Shown here: in pieces, positions 24,898 through 35,614 of the stretch
How the letters are laid out: each line of letters opens with the position of its first letter
Position numbering within the stretch: the first letter of the stretch is position 1
Source: a virus
IMG/VR virus record: IMGVR_UViG_3300045988_141072
Location: 1-64,000 of that record
DNA: 64,000 bases
Reading direction: 5' to 3' (one strand)
Translations under genes and position numbers: made by a program
The notes under the pieces: model-generated
The model's input: only the letters and a program-made list of their open reading frames with translations
Database searches by the model: none
Told to the model about the DNA's origin: nothing

Positions 24898-25977
24898 ATG
24901 GCAGAGACAAAGAAAAAAGGAAGATTATTTGATTTACCTGAGACAAAGGGTGCGTTCCAGTTAAAGGGAGTTGTATCTGGTATGGAGAAGGATACAGCAT
25001 TTAAGGAGATTAAGACCAAAAGTGGCAAGCCTATGAGAATGCTTAATTTTGGTACAAGCTATCTTGATGGAGAGACATTATATGTCAATCTTCAGGGAAT
25101 GGAGCAGGAGAATGTTTATTTCTCTAAGAGAGCTGAGAAGAAGGGCGAAAAGGCTGATACTGTAAAAGTACCTTGGGCTGATAGATTCTCTTATAACCGT
25201 GAAGGCTATCGTATGATTGGTAAGAATATTGGTGTAAAGAAGAAGGTCGATTCTGAGGGTAAGACAGTTAATGACAAGAAGATTCTTACAGATTTTGATG
25301 CTTGTAAGGAAATTAAGGAAAATCTGAAGGATGGTGCAAGCGTATTTATTCGTGGAAATCTTGATTATAGCAGCTTCACAGATGACAATGGTAATAAGAG
25401 AACATCTACAAAGCTTGTTCCAAATCAGATTTCACTTTGCTCAGAGGTCAACTTCGATGATGAGAAGTTTGAGAAACAGAACGATTTCAACCAGGTAATT
25501 ATTTTCATGAGTATCGAGCAGGAAAAGGATGATAATGATAAGCCAACAGGTAGATTTATTGTCCTTGCAAAGATTGTTACATACAGCAATATTGAGGATG
25601 TTCAGTTTATCATTGAGGATAAGGCTCTCGCTAATAAGTTTAAGAAGTCACTTAATCCTTACAACGCAATTAAGGTAAGTGGACATATGGTTTCTTCTAC
25701 TCAGACAGAGACAGTTGCAACAGATGATGATGACAACTGGGGTGAAGAGGATAGTATGGAGAAAGTATCTGTACCTACAAAGAGAGAGTTTGTTATCACA
25801 GGAGCAAAGGGTTCTTCAATTGATAAGGAGCTTTACACAGAGGAGAATGTAACAGAAGCCATTGCAAAGATTAAGAATGCAAATAAGGCAGAGGAGAGTT
25901 TCGGTTCTGACTCTAATGATGATTGGGGAAGTGCTGATGGTCTTGACGGATCAGACGAGGATGAAGCTTGGGATTAA
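24898..25977 (+). CDS. putative ssDNA-binding protein (OB-like N-terminus, acidic C-terminal tail)
   Basis: First gene of the replication block, with a strong SD (AAGGAGGA). The tail ..DDWGSADGLDGSDEDEAWD* resembles SSB-type acidic tails. Noticeably GC-richer codon usage than its neighbours. Confidence 0.45.
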   Translation: MAETKKKGRLFDLPETKGAFQLKGVVSGMEKDTAFKEIKTKSGKPMRMLNFGTSYLDGETLYVNLQGMEQENVYFSKRAEKKGEKADTVKVPWADRFSYNREGYRMIGKNIGVKKKVDSEGKTVNDKKILTDFDACKEIKENLKDGASVFIRGNLDYSSFTDDNGNKRTSTKLVPNQISLCSEVNFDDEKFEKQNDFNQVIIFMSIEQEKDDNDKPTGRFIVLAKIVTYSNIEDVQFIIEDKALANKFKKSLNPYNAIKVSGHMVSSTQTETVATDDDDNWGEEDSMEKVSVPTKREFVITGAKGSSIDKELYTEENVTEAIAKIKNANKAEESFGSDSNDDWGSADGLDGSDEDEAWD

Positions 25978-25989
25978 TCCTTTAGCAAC

Positions 25990-26028
25990 TAGAGAATAAC
26001 AAAGTGGAACGTCAGAGATGGCGTTCCA
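25990..26028 (+). repeat. Conserved intergenic element, copy D (TAGAGAATAA plus hairpin)
   Basis: TAGAGAATAA at 25990-25999. Hairpin TGGAACGTC/GGCGTTCCA at 26005-26028, with TCAGAGA in the loop. Confidence 0.5.
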
Positions 26029-26065
26029 ATAAATCAATATTATAGAATTACGGAGGAATTATTTA

Positions 26066-27229
26066 ATGGCAAAAGCAAGAAAAGCGTCAGTCACACAGAG
26101 TAAGTTAGGTATGATTTTATATGGAGAGCAGTTTACAGGTAAGTCAACAATGGCTATGCAGCTTGCGTACTTTAAGCGTCCTGATGGAAAGCCTTTCAGA
26201 GTTTTATATCTCGATCCTGAGACTGGTTCAATTGATGATTATTTAGGTGACTTAGAAGCAAATGGTGTAAACCTTGAAAATATTTATATTGTATATACTC
26301 AGTCACTTGGAGAAGTAAGACAGTATATCGCAAAAGTTAAGAACGGAGAAGATTTCTATGAACTTGATGATGACGGAGATGAGACAGATAATGTAGTTCT
26401 TGACGCAGATGGAGAACCATTTAGAGCAGATGCAATCGTTGTTGATGGTACTACAATTCTTAACTTAACAACAAAGCAGGGATTAGTAGAATTCTCTAAA
26501 AAGAGAAATAAGGTTAAGGCTGATAAGGATGGACTTGTTGGTGATGCCAGACTTGTTAAGATTGAGGGAGCAGGAATGGAGTTAAAAGATTATCAGACAA
26601 TTAACTTCAAGGGACAGGACTTGATTCTTGATCTTATGGCATCTGGCGTTCACTATATTGTGACTGCTAGAGAGACTGATGAAAAAGAAACAATTAAGCA
26701 GTCTGATGGCTCAACTATGAGTGTTGTAACTGGTAGAAAGATTCCTGATGGATTTAAGGGTATGACATATAATGTCAAGACTGAAATCCGTATGTACAGA
26801 AATGAAGAGGGAACAGTATGTGCACATGTTAAAAAGGATAGAACACATACACACGAAGATAATTCGATTATCGAAGATCCTACATTACTTGATTGGCAGT
26901 CAGTTATTGATAAGACAGCGGATAAGAAGGCTTTTGTAGTAAAGAATGACTTAACAAAGGCAGTTGATGTTGAGCAGGATATTTACAGTAAGGAAATTCT
27001 TGGCAAGGTCGGAGAGCCTGATAATTCGGAAACAACAAGTACATCTGATAATGGCAATAGTGCAGACATTGAAGCAATCAAGAAAGAAATTATTGCTAAG
27101 AGAAATGCACTTCCACCTACAGAGAAGAAAGCAATGAAGGAAAAGCTTGAAGCAGCAGGACTTCCTACTGCATATAAGAATGTAACTGATGCTGAGATTC
27201 TTAATAAAGTATTAGCAATGTTTGATTAA
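26066..27229 (+). CDS. AAA_24/Sak4-like P-loop ATPase
   Basis: Walker A is YGEQFTGKST, followed by RVLYLDPETGS, as in phage AAA_24 recombination/replication ATPases. Confidence 0.6.
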   Translation: MAKARKASVTQSKLGMILYGEQFTGKSTMAMQLAYFKRPDGKPFRVLYLDPETGSIDDYLGDLEANGVNLENIYIVYTQSLGEVRQYIAKVKNGEDFYELDDDGDETDNVVLDADGEPFRADAIVVDGTTILNLTTKQGLVEFSKKRNKVKADKDGLVGDARLVKIEGAGMELKDYQTINFKGQDLILDLMASGVHYIVTARETDEKETIKQSDGSTMSVVTGRKIPDGFKGMTYNVKTEIRMYRNEEGTVCAHVKKDRTHTHEDNSIIEDPTLLDWQSVIDKTADKKAFVVKNDLTKAVDVEQDIYSKEILGKVGEPDNSETTSTSDNGNSADIEAIKKEIIAKRNALPPTEKKAMKEKLEAAGLPTAYKNVTDAEILNKVLAMFD

Positions 27230-27254
27230 ATTTGGATTATGTAAAGGTAGGATT

Positions 27255-27947
27255 ATGGCAAGATACACAGGTAATAACAAAAATGGTGTTAAAAGAAAAT
27301 GTGGTTGTTGCGGAGAAAACCTTTATATAAACAAGAATAATATTGACGATGCAATCTACTATGATAAAAAAACATATCATAGTAGTTGCTTTATCAATAT
27401 ATGTCAGAAGCGTATTGCTAATAAAAGGGCAGACGTATCAGCAAAATGGACTTGGGTATATGACCACATTGATTCTATAAAAAAAGATACATATTCGCAT
27501 CTTGCAGTAGCAATAGAGCAAGACGAGATATTTGAGTTTATTAAAGAAGCATATGATTTGACAATTATCCCTACTACCGTGTGGCAGAAGTTGGGTAACA
27601 TTTACAATGGAACTTTTAAAGGGATGTCGGTAGGTATTCCACCTTCAGACTTACTTGATATGTGGCAAAGAAAAATAGATATGCTTAATGGTATTGCAAA
27701 AAAGAATGAAGTAAAAGGTATTCATATGCAACCAGAACAACGACTTTCGTATGATTTATCCATTTTGGTTAATAAATATGATAGTTATTTAAGGTGGAAA
27801 GAAAAACAGAAAATACTTGAAGCCGAGAAAGAAACAGAAAAATCACAGAATATTGTCAGTCAATCAATTGGTTATACTAACGTGTCCAAAGATAATAAGG
27901 CTGATACAGATGATATTTCAGGCTTGGTGGATGATATTTTTGGATAG
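27255..27947 (+). CDS. hypothetical protein with N-terminal Cys cluster
   Basis: ORF track 27222-27947. ATG 27255 follows AGGTAGGA. Contains CGCCGE..SSCF. Confidence 0.6.
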   Translation: MARYTGNNKNGVKRKCGCCGENLYINKNNIDDAIYYDKKTYHSSCFINICQKRIANKRADVSAKWTWVYDHIDSIKKDTYSHLAVAIEQDEIFEFIKEAYDLTIIPTTVWQKLGNIYNGTFKGMSVGIPPSDLLDMWQRKIDMLNGIAKKNEVKGIHMQPEQRLSYDLSILVNKYDSYLRWKEKQKILEAEKETEKSQNIVSQSIGYTNVSKDNKADTDDISGLVDDIFG

Positions 27948-27956
27948 GAGATAATA

Positions 27957-29510
27957 TTGGATAATGAACATGAATTAAAAGACTGTAATGTGCAAGCAGA
28001 AATCCTATTTGTTGGTTCTATAGCAAAGGATTTAGATTTGATTGTAAATTACAGCACATTTATGAGAAGTAAGTATGATTTCTCTGATCCTGCAACAAAG
28101 TTCTTTTATGATAATCTTGAAACGTATTTTCTTACATTTTCACAAACATTAGATGAAACAAAAATGAATGTGTTTATGAGTCAAAATGAAGAACGACTTA
28201 AATTATATAAGCAGTATAAAGGTTGGAAAACACTTCAAAGGTTTATGACCTTGGCAGATGAAAATGATGTCAAAAATTATTTTGATACTGTTAAGAAATA
28301 TTCATTAGTAAGAGAGTATGGGAGAAATGGTTTTCCAGTTGAGAGAATATTATCTCATAGGAACTTTGATAAAATGTCACCAAATGACATTTACAGAATT
28401 ATCCGTACAAAAGCAGATAAGATAAACACAGTAATTAATGCTGGCGAAGAAGCTGTTGAGCTTACTGATAAAAACTCATCTCAAATCGACAAATATCTTG
28501 AAAAGCCAAATTTCGGCTTACCTTTCCCTTGGTATATGTATAACGAATTTTTTCTTGGTCTTAGAGAGACAAAGGTTCTCTTTGAGGGATTTCTTTCTAA
28601 TGAGGGTAAAACAAGAAAGCTTGTACTTTTAGCAGCTTATGTAGCACTTGTACAAAATGAGAACTTTTTTCTTATGAGTAATGAGATGGACGAAGAAGAT
28701 CTTCGTAGTTGTCTTATTACGACTGTTATTAACAATAAAGAGTTCCAAGAGTTGCATGGCGTACATATTACAAAGCCTGAGAAAGAGATTGTATTAGGTG
28801 TTTACCATGATAAAAATGGTGACATTATCAGAAGAAAAATTGATGACAATGGTGTTTATCTTGAAAGTAATGAAGATTACATAAAGAGAATAAAAGATAC
28901 GTCAGAGGAATATTGGAATGTAAAAAAAGTTACAGATTGGATTGATAGTAGTGATCGTAGGGGCAAAGTTATGTTCAAAGATGTTGGAGATGATTATAGC
29001 CCTGAAAGAATTGAATTTGAACTGCGTAAAGCAAAGATGGTTCAAAACATTAAATATTATGGTTATGACACATTAAAAGGTTACAACACTGATGATTGGT
29101 CACAGATTAAACAGTTTGCAACTAAATTGAAAGAATTAACAAAAGAACTTCGTATGAGTGGATATGCAGTATTCCAGTTAAGCGATGATACGGTATTTAC
29201 GGATATTTTTAGTTTGAGTAGTAATAACATTGCCAATGCAAAACAGATAAAGCATGTAGCTGATATTCTGAACATTGGTAAAAAGTTAAATAAGGAAGAA
29301 TACCATAAGTATCAAGTTGTTTTAGAGTGTGATTCTTGGGGTGAGCCAGTGACGGAAGATTTGGATTTAAGTAAACAATATTTTTGTATTAAACCAGATA
29401 AAAACAGAGCAGGTAGCAAGGACAAGATTATGTTATTTGAGATTGATTTGAACTTAAATGTTTGGAGAAATATAGGTTATATCATTAAAAAACCAAAAAA
29501 TAGTGACTAA
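27957..29510 (+). CDS. DnaB-like replicative helicase
   Basis: DnaB-type N-terminus (..AEILFVGSIAKDLDLI..FSDP..KFFYDNL..). NEGKTRK..LMSNEMDEEDL is equivalent to Walker A plus the SLEMS motif. TTG start. Confidence 0.6.
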   Translation: MDNEHELKDCNVQAEILFVGSIAKDLDLIVNYSTFMRSKYDFSDPATKFFYDNLETYFLTFSQTLDETKMNVFMSQNEERLKLYKQYKGWKTLQRFMTLADENDVKNYFDTVKKYSLVREYGRNGFPVERILSHRNFDKMSPNDIYRIIRTKADKINTVINAGEEAVELTDKNSSQIDKYLEKPNFGLPFPWYMYNEFFLGLRETKVLFEGFLSNEGKTRKLVLLAAYVALVQNENFFLMSNEMDEEDLRSCLITTVINNKEFQELHGVHITKPEKEIVLGVYHDKNGDIIRRKIDDNGVYLESNEDYIKRIKDTSEEYWNVKKVTDWIDSSDRRGKVMFKDVGDDYSPERIEFELRKAKMVQNIKYYGYDTLKGYNTDDWSQIKQFATKLKELTKELRMSGYAVFQLSDDTVFTDIFSLSSNNIANAKQIKHVADILNIGKKLNKEEYHKYQVVLECDSWGEPVTEDLDLSKQYFCIKPDKNRAGSKDKIMLFEIDLNLNVWRNIGYIIKKPKNSD

Positions 29511-29525
29511 TTGGAGGGTGGCAGC

Positions 29526-30551
29526 TTGGATGTAAAAGAATTGAAGAATTATATATATGAAAATAATTATTGTGAACAGATATTAGAATCCGTTGGTTGC
29601 CACCATATCAAATATCATTCAGTTGGATCATATTGGACTGCTGGTAATCCTGATGGAGATAATAAGGGAGCAATTATTCTATATAATAATGAGTCCCTTA
29701 TCTGCTTAAATAAAACTCGACAAATGATAAAAGGAAATAGACAAACAGATATTATTGATCTTGTATGTTATGTCAAAGACCTTACATTTCCAGAAGGATT
29801 AAAAGAAATATGCTCAGAGATAGGAATGTCTTATTATCACGACTTTGAAGAGGATATTCCAGATAGTTTTAAAATACTGAAAATGTTAGAAGATATGGAT
29901 TCTAATATATCAGAAGAAAAAGAAAAGCCATTACAACCTATTTCGGAGAAAATACTTTCGTATTACAAACCTTATGTAAATGATTTATTCTACGAAGACC
30001 ATATAGATTATGAAACACAAAAAGAGTTTGAAATAGGTTTTGATGAAGAAACGAACCGATACACAATTCCTATTCGTTCTGAGTTAGGAGATTTAGTCGG
30101 TGTAAAAGCAAGATATTTTGATAGAAAAGTACCTGATGGAATGAATAAATATATTTATTTAGAGCCATGTGCAAAATCAAAAATTATATATGGATTGTAT
30201 AAAACTCTTCCTTATATTAAAAGAGCAGGAAGGATATATGTTGGCGAATCTGAAAAATTTGTTGAACAAGCATGGAGTTATGGTTATCAAAATACTGGTG
30301 GTACAGGTGGGAAGGAACTTTCACAATATCAAATTGATATGTTAGTTAGACTTGGTGTTGATATAATTTTATGTTTAGACAAGGATGTAAAAAAAGAAGA
30401 ATTAGAGGAACTAGCAGAAAGATTTCCTGATGGTGTTCCACTTTATTATATGTTTGATGAAGATAATATTCTTGATGAAAAAGAATCCCCAACAGATGAT
30501 CCTATTAAATGGAAGCACTTGGTAGAGAATAATATATACAGATTAAGATAG
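29526..30551 (+). CDS. TOPRIM-type DNA primase
   Basis: TOPRIM acidic motifs YVGESEKFVEQ and ILCLDKD. TTG 29526 lies 7 nt after GGAGGG (the track ORF opens at 29511). Confidence 0.6.
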   Translation: MDVKELKNYIYENNYCEQILESVGCHHIKYHSVGSYWTAGNPDGDNKGAIILYNNESLICLNKTRQMIKGNRQTDIIDLVCYVKDLTFPEGLKEICSEIGMSYYHDFEEDIPDSFKILKMLEDMDSNISEEKEKPLQPISEKILSYYKPYVNDLFYEDHIDYETQKEFEIGFDEETNRYTIPIRSELGDLVGVKARYFDRKVPDGMNKYIYLEPCAKSKIIYGLYKTLPYIKRAGRIYVGESEKFVEQAWSYGYQNTGGTGGKELSQYQIDMLVRLGVDIILCLDKDVKKEELEELAERFPDGVPLYYMFDEDNILDEKESPTDDPIKWKHLVENNIYRLR

Positions 30552-30563
30552 GAAGGTGTGTAT

Positions 30564-32333
30564 TTGAAGTACAGATTATATGAAAATAGCGACAATAACA
30601 CTTCCAATGTATTAGAGGAAGTTTTAAGAAATAGAGGAGTTGATGATTATGAAAAATATCTCGACTTAGATGAAAGTGTTTTAATTCCATATGAAAAATT
30701 GGATAACATGAATAAAGCAGTAGAGTTATTTATGAAACACTTTAACAATAAGGATAAAATTGAAATACTTGTCGATGAAGATCCAGATGGTTTTTGTTCA
30801 GCAGCCATGATGTATTCTTATATTAAGAAAATGAATACGGATTATCCAGTCAATTACATATTACATGCAAGAGCAAAGGCACATGGACTAGATGATGACA
30901 TTGTAATATCTAATGATACAAGATTATTGATTATTCCTGATGCTGGCACAAACGACACAGAACAGTGCAAGGAACTTTCAGAAAGAGGAATTAATATACT
31001 TATTCTTGATCACCATGAATCAGAAGAAGAAAATCCATATGCATTGATTGTAAATAATCAAATGAGTGACAATTATTCTAATAAGGATTTTTGCGGAGCA
31101 GGTGTTGTATATAAGTTTTTACAGGCTTTAGATGCAGAAACATGGAGTGAATTTGCAGACGATTATTTAGATTTATGTGCATTAGCCAATATAAGTGATG
31201 TTATGGATATGCGTTCATTTGAGACAAGATATATTACAAATCTTGGATTACTCAATATTACAAATAAATGTTTTCAGGCACTTATCAAAGCACAAGATTA
31301 CAGTATAAATGGCAAGGTTAATATCCACAATATCCAATGGTATATAACACCTATCTTAAATGGAATGATTCGTATCGGTTCAAGTGATGAAAAGGAATTA
31401 TTATTCAGAGCATTTATTGAAAAAGATGAGTTCTTTGAATATAAAAAAAGAGCCACGAAGGATAAACCAGCAGAAACAATTCAGGAAAGTATTTATGATA
31501 GAGCTGCTAGACTTTGTAAAAATGCAAAATCACGACAAGATAAAATGAAAGAAAAAGGTGTAAAAGCAATTTCAGAAGTCGTAGATGATCTTCCAATTGA
31601 TGACAAGGTTATTATGGTTGATGTATCTGACTTGCTTGATAGTGGACTAACTGGTGTTGTAGCAATTAAAATTGCAGAGCAATATAATAAACCTTGTATT
31701 CTGTTAAAGAAACATTTTGATAAAAAGACAAAAACAACTGTATTTGGCGGTAGTGCAAGAAATATTGATAATAGTCCAATTGATAGTTTTAAAGATATTG
31801 TTAATTCAACAGGATTCGTTAATGGCAAAGGTCATGCAAATGCCTTTGGTATTGTAGATTTACCAGTTGATGATAAAGAAAAAGCAATTAATATGATGAA
31901 CAGTATTCTTAGAGATACTGAATATGATTCTACATATCGTGTAGATTTTATCTTAGACATTAATCATGTCACAATCCCTTTAATTATTAAGTTATCACAG
32001 TTTGAAGATATTATTTGTCAAGGAATTGATGAACCTATGCTTGCAATAGAGAATATATCATTGACAAGAGATTGTTTTGAAGTATTTGGCAAGAACGAAG
32101 ATACTATCAGTTTTATGATGAATGATATTAAATACATTCAGTTCAAATGTAAAGAAGGTAATCAGCTATATGATTTTCTTCAAAACGCATGGGATGATAA
32201 CGATAGTATTACATTTAATATTGTCGGAAAACCTTCAATAAACGAATATAACGGCATTAGAACACCACAGATTATTATCGAAGATGTAGCTGTTATCAGT
32301 ACAAATAGTAACGATGAGGACGATGATTGGTAG
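30564..32333 (+). CDS. RecJ-like DHH-family ssDNA exonuclease
   Basis: DHH motifs VDEDPDGFCSA, IPDAGTND, ILDHHE and GAGVVYKF. The start is TTG 30564 or GTG 30558. Confidence 0.8.
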   Translation: MKYRLYENSDNNTSNVLEEVLRNRGVDDYEKYLDLDESVLIPYEKLDNMNKAVELFMKHFNNKDKIEILVDEDPDGFCSAAMMYSYIKKMNTDYPVNYILHARAKAHGLDDDIVISNDTRLLIIPDAGTNDTEQCKELSERGINILILDHHESEEENPYALIVNNQMSDNYSNKDFCGAGVVYKFLQALDAETWSEFADDYLDLCALANISDVMDMRSFETRYITNLGLLNITNKCFQALIKAQDYSINGKVNIHNIQWYITPILNGMIRIGSSDEKELLFRAFIEKDEFFEYKKRATKDKPAETIQESIYDRAARLCKNAKSRQDKMKEKGVKAISEVVDDLPIDDKVIMVDVSDLLDSGLTGVVAIKIAEQYNKPCILLKKHFDKKTKTTVFGGSARNIDNSPIDSFKDIVNSTGFVNGKGHANAFGIVDLPVDDKEKAINMMNSILRDTEYDSTYRVDFILDINHVTIPLIIKLSQFEDIICQGIDEPMLAIENISLTRDCFEVFGKNEDTISFMMNDIKYIQFKCKEGNQLYDFLQNAWDDNDSITFNIVGKPSINEYNGIRTPQIIIEDVAVISTNSNDEDDDW

Positions 32334-32343
32334 GAGGTGAATT

Positions 32344-35300
32344 ATGTATAGTTCATTACATAACCATACATATTATTCATTACTTGATGGATATGGTAGT
32401 CCAAAAGAAATGTTGGACAGGGCAAAAGAAATAGGATTAAAGGCATTTGCCATAACAGAACACGGAAATGTATATTCCCATATTTATTTTGATCTTATTA
32501 AAAAAGACTATCCAGATATTAAAATGATATATGGATGTGAGTTATATGAATGTGAAGATATTACTGTTAAGGATAAAGACAATAAATATTTTCATTTGAT
32601 TTGTTTGATAAGAAATGAGCAGGGCAGAAAAGACTTAAACAAGGTCATTACAAAAAGTAACTTTGAAGGGTTTTATTTTAAGCCACGATGCACAGTGGAA
32701 GATATTAAACCCTATGCTGAGAATTTTGTTATTTCTTCTGCTTGTTTAGCAAGTAAGTTAGCAAGAGAATCAGATTTTGAGAAGTGCATTGAATATATCA
32801 ATGAATATAAAGAAGCCTTTCCGCATTTCTTTCTTGAGATGCAGTCACATTCTCATCAGGATCAGTGCTTATATAACCAGAAAATCTTAGAGCTTTCAAA
32901 AAGAACAAATACCCCATTTATCATTACAACAGATAGTCATGCACCTAAAAAAGAAGATTTGTATTACCAGGATAAGCTTATTCAGATTGGTAGAAAAAGT
33001 AGCAATAACGACAAAAATGCTATCGAAAATAGCGAGGTATATGAAGGTTGTTATATGCAATCTGAAGATGAAATCCATGAAATTATGGATAGTCAGATTG
33101 GATATGAAAATGTATGTCTTGGATTGGAGAATACTAATAAGGTAGCAGATTTAATTGAAAATGTGGATATGCCATTTCAGAAACCACAGTTACCTACGTT
33201 TCCATTACCTGATGGGTACAGAGACAACAATGAGTTCTTATGGCATTTAGTTAGACAAGGTTGGAAAGATAGAGGATATGACAATCTAAGTGAAGACGAA
33301 CAGCAAGTAAGAAGAACTAGATTGAACTACGAGATGGGTATTATTCATTCAATGGGATTTGATGGTTATTTCTTATTTGTATGGGACTTTATCAAAGCTG
33401 CTGAGACACTTGGAATAGAGGTTGGCAAGGGAAGAGGAAGTGCAGCAGGTTCTTTAGTTTGTTATTGTTGTCATATTACAGATATTGATCCAATTAAGTA
33501 TGGACTCATTTTTGAGAGATTCTTAAACCCTGAACGAGTAGGACTTCCTGATATTGATACAGATGTTGGTAACAGAGATGCAATCATTGATTACCTTGTA
33601 GACAAATATGGAGAAGAAAGAGTATGCCAGATTATTAACTACTCTTATATCACTCCAACAGTCGCAATTACTGATGTTGGTAAGATACTTGGATTCCCAT
33701 ATAATCAGATGCAAAAACTTTCACAGAAATTTACATTCGATAAATGGGATGACTGTATGAAAGCAAATCCAAATTTACTTGCAGACAATCCACAATATGC
33801 TGATTTGTTCGATATTGCAAAGCATTTAAGTGGTCGTGTTAAAACAGTTTCTATTCATGCTGGTGGTGTTGGAATCGTTGATACAACAATTAATGATTAC
33901 ATGCCAATGAAGATAGGAACTAAGGGTGAGCATGTAATTCAAGTTGATAAACATTATGTAGAAGATATTGGAATTGTAAAGTTTGACCTTCTTGGAGTAG
34001 CAACACTGAATCTTGTAAAGGAAATTAAGGACGATTTACATTTAGATCCTTGGGATTATGATATCAATAATCCAGAGTTTGAGAATGATAGACCTACATA
34101 TGAATTATTAGCAAGTGGTAAGACTAATGGTGTATTCCAGGTTGAATCAGCAGGAATGAAAGATTTGCTAATTCGATTAAAACCAAAGCTTGAGCAGTTA
34201 GACTTTGAGGTTATATCTGTCATTTTGGCATTATATAGACCTGATAGTATGGGAGCACTTGACGAGTATGTTGAAATGGCAACAGGTGGAAGTAGACCAC
34301 CATCAATTCATCCAGATATGGACGAAATCTTAAAAGATACAAATTACTGTATGATTTATCAGGAACAGCTTCTTGATATTGTTAAGAAGTTTGGTGGAAG
34401 AACATATGGAGGTGCTGACTTATTCCGTAAAGCGATTGGAAAAAAGATAGTTGAATTAGTGCAGAAAGAGTCAGAAATTCTTCGTGGTGAAATTGTAGCA
34501 AATGGGTATCCTAAAGAGATTGCTGATAAAATTGCGAATGAATTATCGCAAAAAGGCGGTTATCTATTCAATAAGTCGCATTCATATAGTTACGCAGTTC
34601 TTTGTTTCGAGACAGCTTGGTTCAAAGCTCATTATCCAACTTATTTTTTCAAAGCATTATTTAATCAGAATAAAGATAAAGCAGGTGCAATTAATAAATA
34701 TATTCTTGATGCAAGGTATTTTAATGTGGATATTATGCCACCGAATATCAATCATTCTGGAATGAATTTCACAGTCGATAAGGATAAGGTGCTTTTTGGA
34801 TTATCTGCTATTGGTGGAATTGGTGAATCACTTTCTAAGCAAATTATCGAAGAAAGGGAGAATAATGGTATATACAAATCATTTGATGATTTGATTCAGA
34901 GACTTTCTTTAGGTAAGGCATCTGTTATTGCACTGATAAAATCTGGTGCAATTCCTTGTAAAAATAAGCGTGAAAAACTTATATCATATCTTAAATCAGA
35001 GTATCAGCCATTAAAATTCTCAGAAGTTCAATCATTGCCTACCTATAAGAAGCTCGAAGAAGATTGGAACATTGACTTAAAGAAGTACGTGATTCCTTCA
35101 TCTGGAAAACGAATTGTATATGACAAAGAAGCATTACTTACTGAATATAACAGATTAAAAAAGATACAGTTTGAAGAAAATCAGAAGGTAAGATTCCAAA
35201 AGTACATAGATGATAACAAAAAATATCTTGAAGATGAACAGTTTTGGGAATTCCAAACATTACAGGTATTTATCAATGATAATCCATTTGATGCAGCTTA

Positions 35301-35613
35301 TACATTTTTAACACCATTTGAGGATGTACCCGATGGTGAGAAGTGTACTTTAGTTGGAATTATAGCAAAGGTTCAAAAGAAGAAAGATAAGAATGGTAAG
35401 CAATTCGCATATATAAACATCTATTCAAGTTTTGGACTTGTTGAAGGAATTGTATGGCATAGTCAATTAAAGGAATATGAAGATTTAGTTAAAAAAGGAC
35501 AGCAAGTAGCAATTCTTTGTAAGAAAGATAGCGAAGAAAAAGTAATTGTAGAAAAATTAAAGCCATATAGCAAATGGCTTGAATATGTGAGAAAGAAAGG
35601 AGTATCAGTCTAA
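32344..35613 (+). CDS. dnaE: DNA polymerase III alpha subunit (DnaE type)
   Basis: PHP domain HNHTYYSLLDGYG..ITEHGN. Also GRGSAAGSLVCY..ITDIDP, FERFLNPERVGLPDIDTD and a C-terminal OB region. Confidence 0.95.
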   Translation: MYSSLHNHTYYSLLDGYGSPKEMLDRAKEIGLKAFAITEHGNVYSHIYFDLIKKDYPDIKMIYGCELYECEDITVKDKDNKYFHLICLIRNEQGRKDLNKVITKSNFEGFYFKPRCTVEDIKPYAENFVISSACLASKLARESDFEKCIEYINEYKEAFPHFFLEMQSHSHQDQCLYNQKILELSKRTNTPFIITTDSHAPKKEDLYYQDKLIQIGRKSSNNDKNAIENSEVYEGCYMQSEDEIHEIMDSQIGYENVCLGLENTNKVADLIENVDMPFQKPQLPTFPLPDGYRDNNEFLWHLVRQGWKDRGYDNLSEDEQQVRRTRLNYEMGIIHSMGFDGYFLFVWDFIKAAETLGIEVGKGRGSAAGSLVCYCCHITDIDPIKYGLIFERFLNPERVGLPDIDTDVGNRDAIIDYLVDKYGEERVCQIINYSYITPTVAITDVGKILGFPYNQMQKLSQKFTFDKWDDCMKANPNLLADNPQYADLFDIAKHLSGRVKTVSIHAGGVGIVDTTINDYMPMKIGTKGEHVIQVDKHYVEDIGIVKFDLLGVATLNLVKEIKDDLHLDPWDYDINNPEFENDRPTYELLASGKTNGVFQVESAGMKDLLIRLKPKLEQLDFEVISVILALYRPDSMGALDEYVEMATGGSRPPSIHPDMDEILKDTNYCMIYQEQLLDIVKKFGGRTYGGADLFRKAIGKKIVELVQKESEILRGEIVANGYPKEIADKIANELSQKGGYLFNKSHSYSYAVLCFETAWFKAHYPTYFFKALFNQNKDKAGAINKYILDARYFNVDIMPPNINHSGMNFTVDKDKVLFGLSAIGGIGESLSKQIIEERENNGIYKSFDDLIQRLSLGKASVIALIKSGAIPCKNKREKLISYLKSEYQPLKFSEVQSLPTYKKLEEDWNIDLKKYVIPSSGKRIVYDKEALLTEYNRLKKIQFEENQKVRFQKYIDDNKKYLEDEQFWEFQTLQVFINDNPFDAAYTFLTPFEDVPDGEKCTLVGIIAKVQKKKDKNGKQFAYINIYSSFGLVEGIVWHSQLKEYEDLVKKGQQVAILCKKDSEEKVIVEKLKPYSKWLEYVRKKGVSV

Positions 35614-35614
35614 A

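Noticed and set aside
32896-34765. Short alternative-frame and antisense ORFs within dnaE (32896-33078, 32939-33145, 33523-33714, 34502-34765)
   Set aside because: They are embedded in a continuous 1089-aa DnaE frame and have no independent signals.
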